From: Lingula anatina
Lineage: Eukaryota; Animalia; Brachiopoda
DNA length: 64,000 nt
Assembly (NCBI GenBank): GCA_051362555.1
Contig: CM120647.1
Location: 310,001-374,000, forward strand
Direction of reading: 5' to 3'
Part shown: positions 38,201 to 64,000 of the stretch, piece after piece
Position numbering within the stretch: the stretch's first letter is position 1
How the letters are laid out: every line of letters starts with the position of its first letter
Program-made: the position numbers and the translations under genes
Notes under the pieces: model-generated
The model's input: only the letters and a program-made list of their open reading frames with translations
The model's database searches: none
Told to the model about the DNA's origin: nothing

Positions 38201-41200
38201 TAGCTCTTTGAATTTAGCTTAAAAATATTGGAGCAATTCCCCTCTACCCAAAAATTGTAAAATAGAAATAGCATTTGCTTCATTAAAGTAGGTATTTGAA
38301 CTTTTCTGTAAAAGACAGATGGTACCCTAGACTCATAATGGTAAGGGGTATGTGGCGGCCATATTGGATTTTTTTGTATTCACAAAAGCCTCTATATTAT
38401 ACATAGATGGTACAAATGCAGGAAATAGTATAGGCAATCTTTATTTGATGAATGTTTGCTCATATCATGATTGAAGGACATTCTAGATCAATGAAAAGAG
38501 GATTTAATTGCAAAAAATGTTGAAATATTGGCCGCCATCTTGGATAGAGCGGCCATTTTGAATCCAATTGACCAATTTCAGCTACAGATCACCAGATAGC
38601 ACATATTTCCACAATATATGGACAATAAAAGTATTTACCCTGAAACAAACTGAAAATATCAACCATTTTTCATAATTTATCCATTTTTGCATATTCCTTA
38701 GGGATGGCGGCCATCTTGGATTTTTGGGCACTTTCGCAATTGAGCCTATTTGTCCAATAAGCATATTCATAAACCCCAGATATCAGGCTCTCCGATCATA
38801 TATTGGAAAATTTTATATCATAAAAAATTTTTTTCACCGCGGCCCTTATTTTTTGCCTTGGCTCCCCTACTATATCTATTTTTTTCTGTCGGAAGACGGT
38901 CAAAAATGGAGGATGAATCAACAAGGAAGACTGACAGAAAATAACTCTGGATCCGCCCCTGAGTATGTTGTTAAAAGAAAGAAATCATACAGGGATCATG
39001 ACAGAAATGATGAAGGTTCCAACAGTTTGGGTTATAATATATACTCACTCATTTCCACAGGTCTACCCTTGGTGACATCTTGAATCCAACCTAGAAATAC
39101 AAACATCCCTGACTGCAGCAGTATAGACAACAGTGTTAGCATACTATAAGTAATAACATATAGCAATGCAAACTATCACTAATATCCCTGTTACAGCCGT
39201 GTATGTTCTGAGTCTCAGTTCATTATCTGTAAGAGACAGGATAGTGAATATTGAGTAAATGAAGCTAATCACAAAAATACTTTTCAAAAGAAAGACATTT
39301 CTAACCAGGCCACCATGTATGTGCATCTCTACTTCCATTCTCTCGCAGTACAATGCCCTGCAATATTTATTTAGACTGCTTTAGGGTAAACCTGGACAGA
39401 ACTTCTCTCCCACCTTTGTCTTTGTCATGTCCACCCTCCACCAGAAATATTTCTCCTACCTCTGTCTATGTCATGTCCGCCCTCCACCAGAAATATGTCT
39501 CCTACCTCTGTCTATGTCATGTCCACCCTCCACCAGAAATATGTCTCCTACCCTTGTCTATGTCATGTCCGCCCTCCACCAGAAATATGTCTCCTACCCT
39601 TGTCTATGTCATGTCCGCCCTCCACCAGAAATATGTCTCCTACCCTTGTCTATGTCATGTCCGCTCTCCACCAGAAATATGTCTCCTACCTTTGTCTATG
39701 CCATGTCCTCCCTCCACCAGAAATATATCTCCTACCTTTGTCTATGCCATGTCCGCCCTCCACCAGAAATATGTCTCCTACCTTTGTCTATGTCATGTCC
39801 GCCCTCCACCAGAAATATATCTCCTACCTTTGTCTATGCCATGTCCGCCCTCCACCAGAAATATATGTCTCCCACCTGTGTCTATGTCATGTCTGCCCTC
39901 CACCAGAAATATGTCTCTTACCTTTGTCTATGTCATGTCCGCCCTCCACCAGAAATATGTCTCCTACCTTTGTCTATGCCATGTCCACCCTCCACCAGAA
40001 ATATGTCTCCTACCTTTGTCTATGTCATGTCCACCCTCCACCAGAAATATGTCTCCTACCTTTGTCTATGTCATGTCCGCCCTCCACCAGAAATATGTCT
40101 CCTACCTCTGTCTATGTCATGTCCACCCTCCACCAGAAATATGTCTCCTACCCTTGTCTATGTCATGTCCGCCCTCCACCAGAAATATGTCTCCCACCTG
40201 TGTCTATGTCATGTCCGCCCTCCACCAGAAATATGTCTCCTACCTTTGTCTATGTCATGTCCACCCTCCACCAGAAATGAACCACTGGATTTTCTCTTCA
40301 CCTGAAGCCACACTGGAGACACGTAGTTGAACTTATTACCAAATGTCTTGGCCATGTCGTACCCATGGCTGTTCCACTGGAAGAAACGGGATGTTCAGTT
40401 TTGATTTTAAATTCCAACAAGGTCATTTCAACTGAAAGATGCTTTCTAAGCTTAATATGTTTCAATAATAAAAATATGAATAAAGATGCATCCAACATTT
40501 AAATTGCCCCCACCCAAAGACATAATAAGCAAAACAAGATATAAGTTATACCAGTGTATGAAATGGCCGCCTGCCCGCCAGCCCGAGGCTGGTAACTTTC
40601 AGGCCGGGCGGGTAAGATTTGCAAATTACCCGCCCGACGGGATGGCTAATTTACAGCCTATTTTCACCTTTTATTTTGTCTATGTTCACAAGCGATTTCA
40701 GCACAATAAACTCACTGTTTTCACCCACTTTCATAGAAGCAAAGAACTAACCATAGCTTGCAATCGAACGCTCGTATCGAAATGTAACCAACAGTCTCCC
40801 TCTCAGTGGCCTCGTTTTCGAAGTTCCGTCTGTGTGATATGAAGTTGAGAGACAATTTGAAACAAGGCACATTGTTCTTAACCAGCTTCAGTGCACAGCA
40901 GATAACGTTACGTCATTGTTTTGTGTAGAGGAGATACCGCGAGTAGCTATTTGTAGGTTGAGAGTAATAAAAATGTGAAAGTATAAAAAGTTATGATGTT
41001 GATTAAATAGACGTATAGGTACATGAAGTGCTTATAATCAACAGTAATAAAGGCAACGGAGGCAAATTAAAGGAGAATTTTACAAAAATTTGAATCCCCA
41101 AATTATGAGTGAACGTGCGAGTTTACGCCGTGCGTCAGATGTAGTTTTTTCCCACGTGCTTTCATCTTGGGCTGTCAAAAATGAAAAAAATTCTATCAAG

Positions 41201-43113
41201 TCCGATAGAGAAGTTCACAAAAGAAAAACAATTGAGGAAAGAAATAAAAATAACAAAGATTACGACAGAACCAAACGAAAGAGAACAAATTGGGGACATG
41301 GAAATTAAGGTGACTTCAATTTGCAATTAGTCGAGCGGCAACATTTTTTGTAAAACCGTAACTCGAAAGTATCACGCATTGCGACCGAGCGCAAACATCT
41401 CGATCCAATAACTCGCCCATGCTCGCCCCATATAATATATTGTAGCCTCTATGTGATATATATATATAGCTATTCTCAATAAGCAATGCTTTCGAGATAC
41501 GGGGCCTTGCAGGACTGTCTATGGGCGATTAGCGTGCAGACAAGTTCCCGACCGCTTTTTAAAGCTTAAAAGCGATATTCAAAGGGTCCCTCATGCTGAA
41601 TTCTTTCTTCTTTATTGTCAGCACAGAGATCGATTTATTTGACAACAATATATATATTTGGTCATACTTGTTGCTATACAGAAAAGCAAAAATTATGATC
41701 AAATGATGTCACGAAATCGGAATAAAAGTTATAAATAAATTATTGAAGAAGAAATGAGACAGCCTGCAAGGTGAACATAAACTGAATTGACTACCCCGCC
41801 CTCCCCCGCCTGCTAAAGGGCCCTGAAAAATTTTGGTATTTTAGATGGTGAATGGTGCCATTTGGTATGGTTTAGAACTATGATTAAACTAGTGAAATTC
41901 TTACTTCGAGAGGTGAGTTTTTTTTTTGCAGAAATTAAAAGGGGGGCGTCAGGACCCCCCTGACCCCCCTCTAATTCCAACACTGACAAGGTATCATTCA
42001 GTAGAAATTCCAACCAATTTCTAAATTTCCATGCATAAGGCATGAAATTGCCCTTTCATTTCCAAATTACTCTCCCAAGAATGCATTCTAGACCCCCTCA
42101 GCATACCTCTCTTAACTCTAGGGGTTATCATAACTAGGGCAGGTAACTACATGACCGGGCTGGTAACTTTTCAGAGTTATCTGCCCGGCGGTCTGGCTAG
42201 TAATTTCCTTGAATTTCATACACTGGTTATACCCAAGATATTTTCCATCCCTGCACCCTATATAATAATATATAATAGTAAAATTATTCTCAGCTGCAAT
42301 TTGATATTTATACAAGCAAGTTATAAATAACCTGTCTCCTCATCAGCAAAACTCCTATCTCCCAGTGCTACAAATATACCCAGTACTTACAGGAGTGACA
42401 TATAAGCTAAGACGTCTCCAGTGAAATGTTTTCTTTCTTTCTCCACCTTACATTATAACATAAACTCTCCATGAATTACATATTTACCCGGTACTTACGG
42501 GAGTGACATAAGCCAAGACATCTCCAGTGAAATGTTTCCTCTCTTTCTCCACCTCACAGTAGGCTTTGTGTTCTCTGATGATATCCTTAGGTTTCACATC
42601 ATATGTCACCAAACCTCTCTCAATCACTGTCTTTGTGGCCAGCTCTACCTAGAAACAAGCAAGCAGCAGAAATTTTAGCAAGGTTTCATTTGTATTGTGT
42701 CACCAAGGATCTAACCCTGCTATGGGAACTCACTGACAGCTTTTGATCTTCTCTTTATACTAGTCCTACCATGTATAACTGCAGGTTCCAAAATGCCTCA
42801 CTGTAAATATACATGCTTGTTAAGTCTTACTGCTTTGAAAGATGCTGACATGCACTTGTATTATATAATACACTGAAATGGTCTCATTTTGTTAAACTGA
42901 ATAAAAATTAAATTGTCACACGAGTAACAACGGCCTGGTACATGTACTAGCTACGTACACGGTATTATGAACAAGTTTGAACAACACCTTTTCACTCTTC
43001 TTTTTCTTCTTCCCTTTGTCGCTCTTCCCCAGTGTGCCATCTGTGCCTTGAAGTAAAGCCAATAATAACAGAAGACAGAGAGCAGCCGCAAGAACGCCCA
43101 GAGATTTCCTCAT
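14240..43113 (-). CDS. CHID1: Chitinase domain-containing protein 1 (GH18-like, SI-CLP), complete, 11 exons, 395 aa
   Basis: Exons (minus) 42988-43113, 42499-42648, 40244-40376, 39049-39090, 32271-32377, 31899-31960, 23030-23122, 22589-22687, 21888-22043, 20627-20704, 14240-14381 sum to 1188 nt in one frame. Signal peptide, [60 protein letters not shown] and C-terminal [18 protein letters not shown] are characteristic of CHID1. Confidence 0.95.
14352..20296 (-). repeat. 75-bp satellite (about 79 copies) copying the acceptor + first 30 nt of the CHID1 last exon
   Basis: Minus unit ...gtttatattctactttcag|gacagacataggcagccatgttatatatta...; the terminal copy at 14352-14384 is the real exon start. 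Confidence 0.97.
21535..21917 (-). repeat. 67-68 bp tandem repeat copying CHID1 exon 9 end + donor (6 donors)
   Basis: Minus ccaatactgggacagca|gtgagtata repeated; real donor at 21886-21887. Confidence 0.93.
22335..22618 (-). repeat. 35-bp tandem repeat x8 copying CHID1 exon 8 end + donor
   Basis: Minus atgacctatgattactctaaccctatgag|gtatac; real donor at 22587-22588. Confidence 0.95.
23101..31450 (-). repeat. 75-bp satellite (111 acceptors) copying acceptor + first 22 nt of CHID1 exon 7
   Basis: Minus ...ttactttcttacatccag|agaactggtccatttcctggag; exact 75-bp period from 23123 (real acceptor) to 31373. Confidence 0.97.
31517..31943 (-). repeat. 60-bp tandem repeat x7 copying CHID1 exon 6 end + donor
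   Basis: Minus tgttgtagtagagatatggtcacagctgggaggaaacagaagaca|gtaagtattactgga; real donor at 31897-31898. Confidence 0.95.
32390..32552 (+). repeat. About 29-bp minisatellite abutting the CHID1 exon 5 acceptor
   Basis: aatgtgttagatgtgacagtga repeated about 5-6 times; the motif also recurs on the other side of the exon at about 32205-32245. Confidence 0.8.
34384..34542 (+). mobile_element. Short (about 160-215 bp) MITE-like family, copy 1
   Basis: taactccctgggg..ttcacgctaaa..ctgacagtaatctagtgagact shared with 60905-61118 and 62831-63046. Confidence 0.8.
34491..34970 (-). mobile_element. 5'-truncated Penelope-like retroelement: GIY-YIG endonuclease remnant
   Basis: [62 protein letters not shown] is the PLE-type GIY-YIG domain with Cys/His motif; the RT portion is absent. 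Confidence 0.88.
35063..35106 (+). ncRNA. Candidate minimal type-I hammerhead ribozyme in an inverted Penelope pLTR
   Basis: ttcc-CTGAAGA-a-gatgtc[ctgata]gacatc-GAAA-ta-TT-ggag: conserved core, 6-bp stem II, palindromic ATAT stem III, short stem I. Confidence 0.6.
35904..36155. mobile_element. Near-perfect palindromic Tourist/Harbinger-like MITE
   Basis: Arms of about 120 bp, ggcttcgttcacatgca.. / ..tgcatgtgaacgaagcc; TSD tta at 35901-35903 and 36156-36158. Confidence 0.9.
36769..37181 (-). mobile_element. Non-autonomous Helentron (HINE)-like element
   Basis: Minus 5' ttacctccgccaaggagg, then a (gttt)n tract and internal tandem duplication, then subterminal ccttggcggagg, short hairpin and ctagtt end. 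Confidence 0.75.
39405..40278 (-). repeat. 46-bp tandem repeat (about 19 copies) copying CHID1 exon 3 end + donor
   Basis: Minus atttctggtggagggcggacatgacatagacaaag|gtaggagacat; real donor at 40242-40243. Confidence 0.95.
40552..42225. mobile_element. Non-autonomous TIR DNA transposon, 1.67 kb, 7-bp TSD
   Basis: TIR cagtgtatgaaat / atttcatacactg; gttatac duplicated at 40545-40551 and 42226-42232; GC-rich subterminal motifs (gctggtaactt, tgcccg). Confidence 0.85.
42375..42455 (-). repeat. Single diverged duplicate of CHID1 exon 2 end + donor
   Basis: Minus gtggagaaagaaagaaaacatttcactggagacgtcttagcttatatgtcactcct|gtaagtac versus the real exon end at 42499-42552. Confidence 0.85.
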
Positions 43114-44920
43114 GTCGAAGCTCTTGCCCCCCGTCTCAGCTGTCTCTGTAAGTACTAACACTACCTCCACACGCGTCGTCTGTCAGAGGCAGTGGCCGAA
43201 ACTCCGTGGCTGCTCAGCTTTTGCTTCGGTTTTAAGATGAATTTTACCCTCACAGAGTCACCTGCTCATTATGATCATGTCGTGGGCAGACGCTGGTTTT
43301 TCTGTTATTGATTTGTTTTCTCAGAATCGTGAAGTCTCTTCACGCAAAGCTGGACAAGTGACACTGCGACACGTCGTGAATCATTACTGCCCTCCAAACA
43401 TAAAAGAGCAAGATGTTCAACACAAGCCACATCCAATCTTGCTTCTATTCTTACCGCGTCTTTCGTTCCTGGTACTAACCACATTATCTTAAGACAGATG
43501 TCCTAACGTCATTTTCAATCAGTATGCAAGTAAATCTTTATCTCCGAAAGGCTTCATTCTCAGGTAGTGTTATAAGATGTAAAATTGCCTGCATTTAAGA
43601 GAAAGAAATATATACGTAGGCTATTTACATTTTGTTGTGGTTTAGATATGTTCAAAAGTGAATTATAAAAATAGTAACAATAAATTTAGATTAGATAAAG
43701 AAGCTGTTGGTACCAGAAATAATACATTGGGTTTACCGAATGTCTTCTCTCCATGTAGCACAGACATCCTGTTTTGTTGTGCATTTAGAATGTGAACACA
43801 GTAATACAGGGCAATGTAAGCATAGCAATTTAGTCTCCATTCCATGAATCTCGTATCAAAGAACATAATTAAAAGCTAGTCGTAATTCCGCACTTTAAAA
43901 TAAATGTTTCATTATGTAATTGGAAACCCTTCGAATAACAGTGTTTTTACCTATCAAAGTCATCAAGCAGTACATATAGATTTAGGGGGGCATCAAGCGG
44001 GTCCCGATGCCCCCTTTCATTTTTGAAAAATAAAACAAACAAACAAAAAAAAAAAACACTTTGATACTCCCCTTTTGAATTTAGAATTTTGACTACGTGA
44101 ATCATAGTTCAAAACCCTACCAAATGACAATGTTGGCCCTCTTAAAGACCAACCTTTTCAGTGCCCTCCAGCAGGCCCTAGCTGATCCCCATGTCCAGGG
44201 GAGGGAGGGGGGGGGGGGGTGAGTGTCTGTTTCCCACCCAGACCTGTCATTCCTTAAAAAAATGGACCCCCCTTAAAATAATCCTGGATCTGCCCCTGTC
44301 AAGCAACTAAAAACTCAATGAAATCTGGTGCACAGCAAGGCAGATATTTATTGCTTAAATATTTACTTTCAACAAATTTCAACAGTTATAGCTTTCGACC
44401 AATTTTAACTACTATAACGTTAAGTGCAAAGCAACATGGGTATAAACTTACCAAGAAAAATTTTCAAAATATGAAATTCCATGTTCCACTAAATTAATTC
44501 AAGAGAAAACAAAAATATGATTCCGGGATTTGTCATAAGGGAAAAATGAAAGTAAAAAAAAACAAAATGACTGGGTAAAACATACCAATTGTTTGTAAAT
44601 TATCTTCCAATATATTCACACAAGTGAGAAAGCTTCAATGATAGACCATTAAATAATATGTCTGCAAATCACTGTGCTGCTCTCATATCAGCACAAACAC
44701 ACACACAATTATGTCTTTACTACTAAATCTATACAAAAGTGGAAAATTCACAAATGTAAGCAAACCTTGTTCAAGGGTAACACAGATGCATAAGTTATTA
44801 CACTATTATTATACCAAAACACAATAATAGTCCCAGGAATAATTAAATATCATTTATGCCTTGTTCTGCTTCTTAATGTATGCCTTGTTTTGCCCATTTA
44901 GACCCTGTCTACAAGGCTTT

Positions 44921-44981
<61 letters not shown>

Positions 44982-45425
44982 AAAGATTTATCAAATGTCT
45001 ATGCTCTGCTTTGGTTATATGTTACCCATAATACTTCTAAATAGAGAGAACAGCTTCATTCAGTAACTGAGAATATGGAGCAACACATTAATGTCTAATT
45101 TCTTTTTTAATGCTCCTCTATTTATTGTGCTGCTTAAATACTTTGTAATCATTTCCAATATTTCTTCTGCAGTTTTTCAATTTGTTGGTCTGCGTGTTTG
45201 TGTTATAATATTCCATATTTCTTCTGCAGTTTCTCTATTTATTAGTCTGTGTTTGTGTTATTATATTCCATATTTTTTCTGGAGTTTCTCTATTTGTTAG
45301 TCTGTGTGTTTGTGTTATTATATTCCGTATTTCTTCTGCAGTTTCTCTATTTATTAGTCTGTGTGTTTGTGTTATTATATTTCGTATTTCTTCTGTAGTT
45401 TCTCTATTTGTTGGTCTATGTGTTA

Positions 45426-60679
<15,254 letters not shown>

Positions 60680-60806
60680 GTTTAAAAGAACTCCAGATGT
60701 TCATTGGGGAACTCTGGGTGACTTAGAGCAGTGACCAGGGGAATTAATTCAGATTATTAGTTTTCAGCAATAAATCAGTGTGATCATTAGATTGAGAACA
60801 GCATAA

Positions 60807-60819
60807 GTATCATGGCAAC
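60807..60819 (-). promoter_or_regulatory. Putative RFX X-box upstream of SPAG1
   Basis: gtatcatggcaac (minus GTTGCCATGATAC) about 130 bp upstream of the first ATG of a ciliary gene. Confidence 0.5.
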
Positions 60820-60904
60820 CTGCTCTTTCGTTTCTCCTTTTCAAAATGGATAATTTGTTTGTTTTTTTAAACAGAAATCAGAAATGGTGAAATGCAGATT
60901 TACA

Positions 60905-61118
60905 CCCCATTTCCATAGATTAGATCGACCTACTTTAGATCGACCTAACTCCCTGGGGGTTCACGCTAAATAGCTGTCAGCCGGGCGGACACGAAAGTTA
61001 ATTACCCCTTATACATGTAGCTTTCTAGTAGGCGGGGACGGACACTTAAGGGGGATTATCTGACAGTAATCTAGTGAGACTCCCCGTGGTGATAGATCGA
61101 TCTCAAGTTGTGGGAATA
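60905..61118 (+). mobile_element. Short MITE-like family, copy 2
   Basis: Homologous to 34384-34542 and 62831-63046; imperfect TIR. Confidence 0.8.
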
Positions 61119-62084
61119 GACCCTAAGGGAAAAAGGGAGTAATCATTATATTATTATTATTATTATTATTATGCCTTTTTTGTCTAACTTATAAAGTGCA
61201 ACTTACGGGCTCTAAAAGAAAGGATAATACCAATATCTCTAGAAGTAGTAAACAGTAAATCTGCACATTTTCACACGTTTTAAAAATGTAAGTTGATATT
61301 ACTGCTTTCAATGCACCATTGCATTAGAAATTTGACAAGTAGATGACTTTTTAATACAAATTAAATGAAACGAAATTAAATTAAATTAAAGAGTAAGCAC
61401 CTGGTTATACAGACTGAACTATTCCAAAAAATACATTATCGGGAGTTTTGACAACGCCACAAGCTATAAATGATTATGAGGTTTATCGTTTAGGTGTTTT
61501 CCAGAAAAAAGCACATGCTTTCATTTTGACTAGGATGTAAATTTTCATATCACAGTCGCCAAAGATACAATTCACATTCCAACAATTACTTTCTACAGAT
61601 AAGATTAATACATATATGATATTTTTAGTTTTTAGCCCAGAGAAGTTTACAAACCTTATAAAAACGAACAATTCCGCGGCAGTATCACAGCAACAGCGTA
61701 CATCGCCATCCAACGGAAATAGGTCACACACCCGCACTCAATACAGCTTACAAATGTCATTGGTTGATCTGATTGGAAAGTCATCTCCAAATGGGGATCT
61801 AATAAGGGATAAGGTAAATTATTCAGGGGTATTTTGCAAAAAGACATAAAATTATGTTTTCATAGTTATAATGCTTTGATTTACACAAAAAAGCCCTTGT
61901 GAACGACAGGGCACCTGCCAAGATAAGCCACAGAATACCAGATGGTGCTGCCATCTTACGAAGAACATCCAAAACAAATATAACATGGCGCTGTCGGCTG
62001 GTTGACCTATTTTCCGGGTATTTTAGAGCTGTATATAATCAAGAAAACTCCCTAGTTTCAGTCAGTCTATTTCGTTAATATGCG

Positions 62085-62429
62085 ATGGAGAGGATCGGGA
62101 TGATCACCGTGTACATATCTGTACTATTATTTCATGTAAACTGTGGTAAGTAGGGTAAGGTCTTTCCGTTTACACCAACTTGAGATGGTTTACAATTTTC
62201 ATCAAGTTCTTGCAGTCATGTTTAAACTTGACTCAGCACAAAGTGAAAGTTTTATTCTAACACTTGCTATCTGCTGTTTCACTTAGTTTTGAAGTCTATT
62301 TTGAAAAACAGTGATCGTATATTGTCATATCAATATAATTTTTATCCTGAAAACAACATTATCATATTTTTATTATTTCAATGTAAATTCCGTCTCTTCT
62401 GCTTTGACTTACATGCCATGTTTTCCAGC

Positions 62430-62471
<42 letters not shown>

Positions 62472-62781
62472 CACACACGCACACACACACACACATACAC
62501 ACACACACAGCAGTAACACGAAGATTCCTTCTTTAGCACTCCTATTGACAATTCTGATAAGTACTGGCTATGTTGAATTTTCGTGCTAACACGGCAGTTG
62601 CTTCTCTCAACCCCAAACACTCTATCTAACAGACACCTTATTTCTTTCCAGCCACATTAACTGGGCGCCTGTCCTACTTTGAGACATTACATCACCGTGA
62701 CTTCTCACATGTGATACATAGACGTAGTCTCCATACACAGACACCAAGCCATAGAGAAGTGGCTTTTAGTGCACTGGGCAG
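62085..62781 (+). CDS. ADAM17/TACE-like metalloprotease, first two coding exons (signal peptide + start of prodomain); gene continues beyond window
   Basis: Exons 62085-62145 (MERIGMITVYISVLLFHVNC, donor gtaagt) and 62652-62781 (ATLTGRLSYFETLHHRDFSHVIHRRSLHTQTPSHREVAFSALGR, donor gtaggt). The downstream acceptor repeat continues in phase as RFHLF. Resembles ADAM17/ADAM10 prodomain starts; orthology is not resolvable from this fragment. Confidence 0.7.
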
Positions 62782-62830
62782 GTAGGTGAAATTCATTATT
62801 GTAGTCTCCACACACAGACACCAAGCCATA

Positions 62831-63046
62831 GACCCCATTCCCAGAGATTAGATCGATCCAACTAGATTGAAATAACTCCCTGGGGGTTCATGCTAAATAG
62901 CTGTCAGCCGAGTGGGTACGAAAGTTAATTATACCCCCCTTACAGCTTGTAGTAGGCGGGACGGACATTTAAGCCGGATTATCTGACTGTAATCTAGTGA
63001 GACTTCCCACGGGGATATATCAATCTAAAATCTATGGGAAGGCGCC
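62831..63046 (+). mobile_element. Short MITE-like family, copy 3, inserted in a duplicated exon end
   Basis: ttcccagagatt / aatctatgggaa TIR; flanked by duplicated cata(g). Confidence 0.8.
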
Positions 63047-63377
63047 CATAGAGAAGTGGCTTTTAGTGCACTGGGCAGGTAGGTGAATTTGTTATTGTGT
63101 TGATTTTATAACTTCCATGAAATGACACATGATTCCCATCAGTCCATTACTGCAATTTTCAGGCATCCTAAAAGCAGTTCAGTAGATATCAAGGTACCTC
63201 GACTCCCAAGACAGAAGTATACTGAGTATATTGATAAATTTGGCATTTCATCTCCTTTACACACAGTACAATTCAATTAAACATGAACCAAGTAACTACA
63301 TATCTTGGCTTTTTTTTTGTCCCAAATGTGCCCATGAAATATAACCAAGGTGCTGAGTTTAAGTATGCCCTGATTTT

Positions 63378-64000
63378 TACAGGCAGCTCCATCTGTTCTT
63401 CCTGTTGAGTTTTCTCTCATTGTTGTGTTACAGGCAGTTCCATCTGTTCTTCCTGTTGAGTTATTCTCATTGTTGTGTTACAGGCAGTTCCATCTGTTCT
63501 TCCTGCTGAGTTTTCTCTCTTTGTTGTGTTACAGGCGGTTCCATCTGTTCTTCCTGTTGAGTTATTCTCATTGTTGTGTTACAGGCGGTTCCATCTGTTC
63601 TTCCTGTTGAGTTTTCTCTCATTGTTGTGTTACAGGCGGTTCCATCTGTTCTTTCAGTTGAGTTTTCTCTCATTGTTGTGTTACAGGCGGTTCCATCTGT
63701 TCTTCCTGTTGAGTTTTCTCTTATTGTTGTGTTACAGGCGGTTCCATCTGTTCTTCCTGTTGAGTTTTCTCTCATTGTTGTGTTACAGGCGGTTCCATCT
63801 GTTCTTTCAGTTGAGTTTTCTCTCATTGTTGTGTTACAGGCGGTTCCATCTGTTCTTCCTGTTGAGTTTTCTCTCATTGTTGTGTTACAGGCGGTTCCAT
63901 CTGTTCTTCCTGTTGAGTTTTCTCTCATTGTTGTGTTACAGGCGGTTCCATCTGTTCAACCAGTTGAGTTTTCTCTCATTGTTGTGTTACAGGCGGTTCC
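63378..64000 (+). repeat. 51-bp tandem repeat (12 or more copies, runs off window) copying the presumed next acceptor + exon start of the ADAM17-like gene
   Basis: Unit ttttctctcattgttgtgttacag|gcggttccatctgttcttcctgttgag; joining to the phase-2 donor at 62781 gives ALGR-RFHLF. Confidence 0.85.

Larger units (their letters stand above)
32750..38872. mobile_element. Degenerate Academ-like DNA transposon with long inverted arms
   Basis: Termini tagtaggggagccaa / ttggctcccctacta, TSD tat (32747-32749, 38873-38875). Arms of about 1.3 kb are inverted, each with three repeats of about 365 bp. TAG..CTA ends with a 3-bp TSD are hallmarks of Academ. No intact transposase seen. Confidence 0.75.
32677..38961 (+). 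mobile_element. About 165-bp MITE (caggggcggat..atccgcccctg) split by a 6.1-kb insertion
   Basis: Halves 32677-32749 and 38876-38961 join to match the intact copy at 57663-57830. Confidence 0.85.

Noticed and set aside
39353-40330. Cys/Pro-rich ORFs in three plus frames
   Set aside because: Antisense translation of the 46-bp donor repeat.

Overview
AT-rich, repeat-rich animal genomic DNA, probably an invertebrate such as a mollusc (inference). I reconstructed four spliced genes by hand from GT-AG junctions with consistent reading-frame phases. (1) The 3' part of a mitochondrial folate/FAD carrier (SLC25A32, +) with two alternative terminal exons. (2) A complete 11-exon CHID1 (-, 395 aa). (3) A complete 22-exon SPAG1 (-, about 1109 aa). 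(4) The 5' end of an ADAM17-like protease (+), head-to-head with SPAG1. The most striking structure is that about 16 exon boundaries in all four genes have been amplified into tandem arrays. Each repeat unit is the gene's own splice donor, splice acceptor or stop-codon region plus flanking exon bases, from 2 to about 111 copies (up to 8.3 kb). The very long ORFs in the ORF track are by-products of these arrays. Introns also hold a DNA transposon inserted head-on into a copy of itself, a nested MITE > Academ-like > Penelope/Tourist/HINE stack with a candidate hammerhead ribozyme, and several MITEs.
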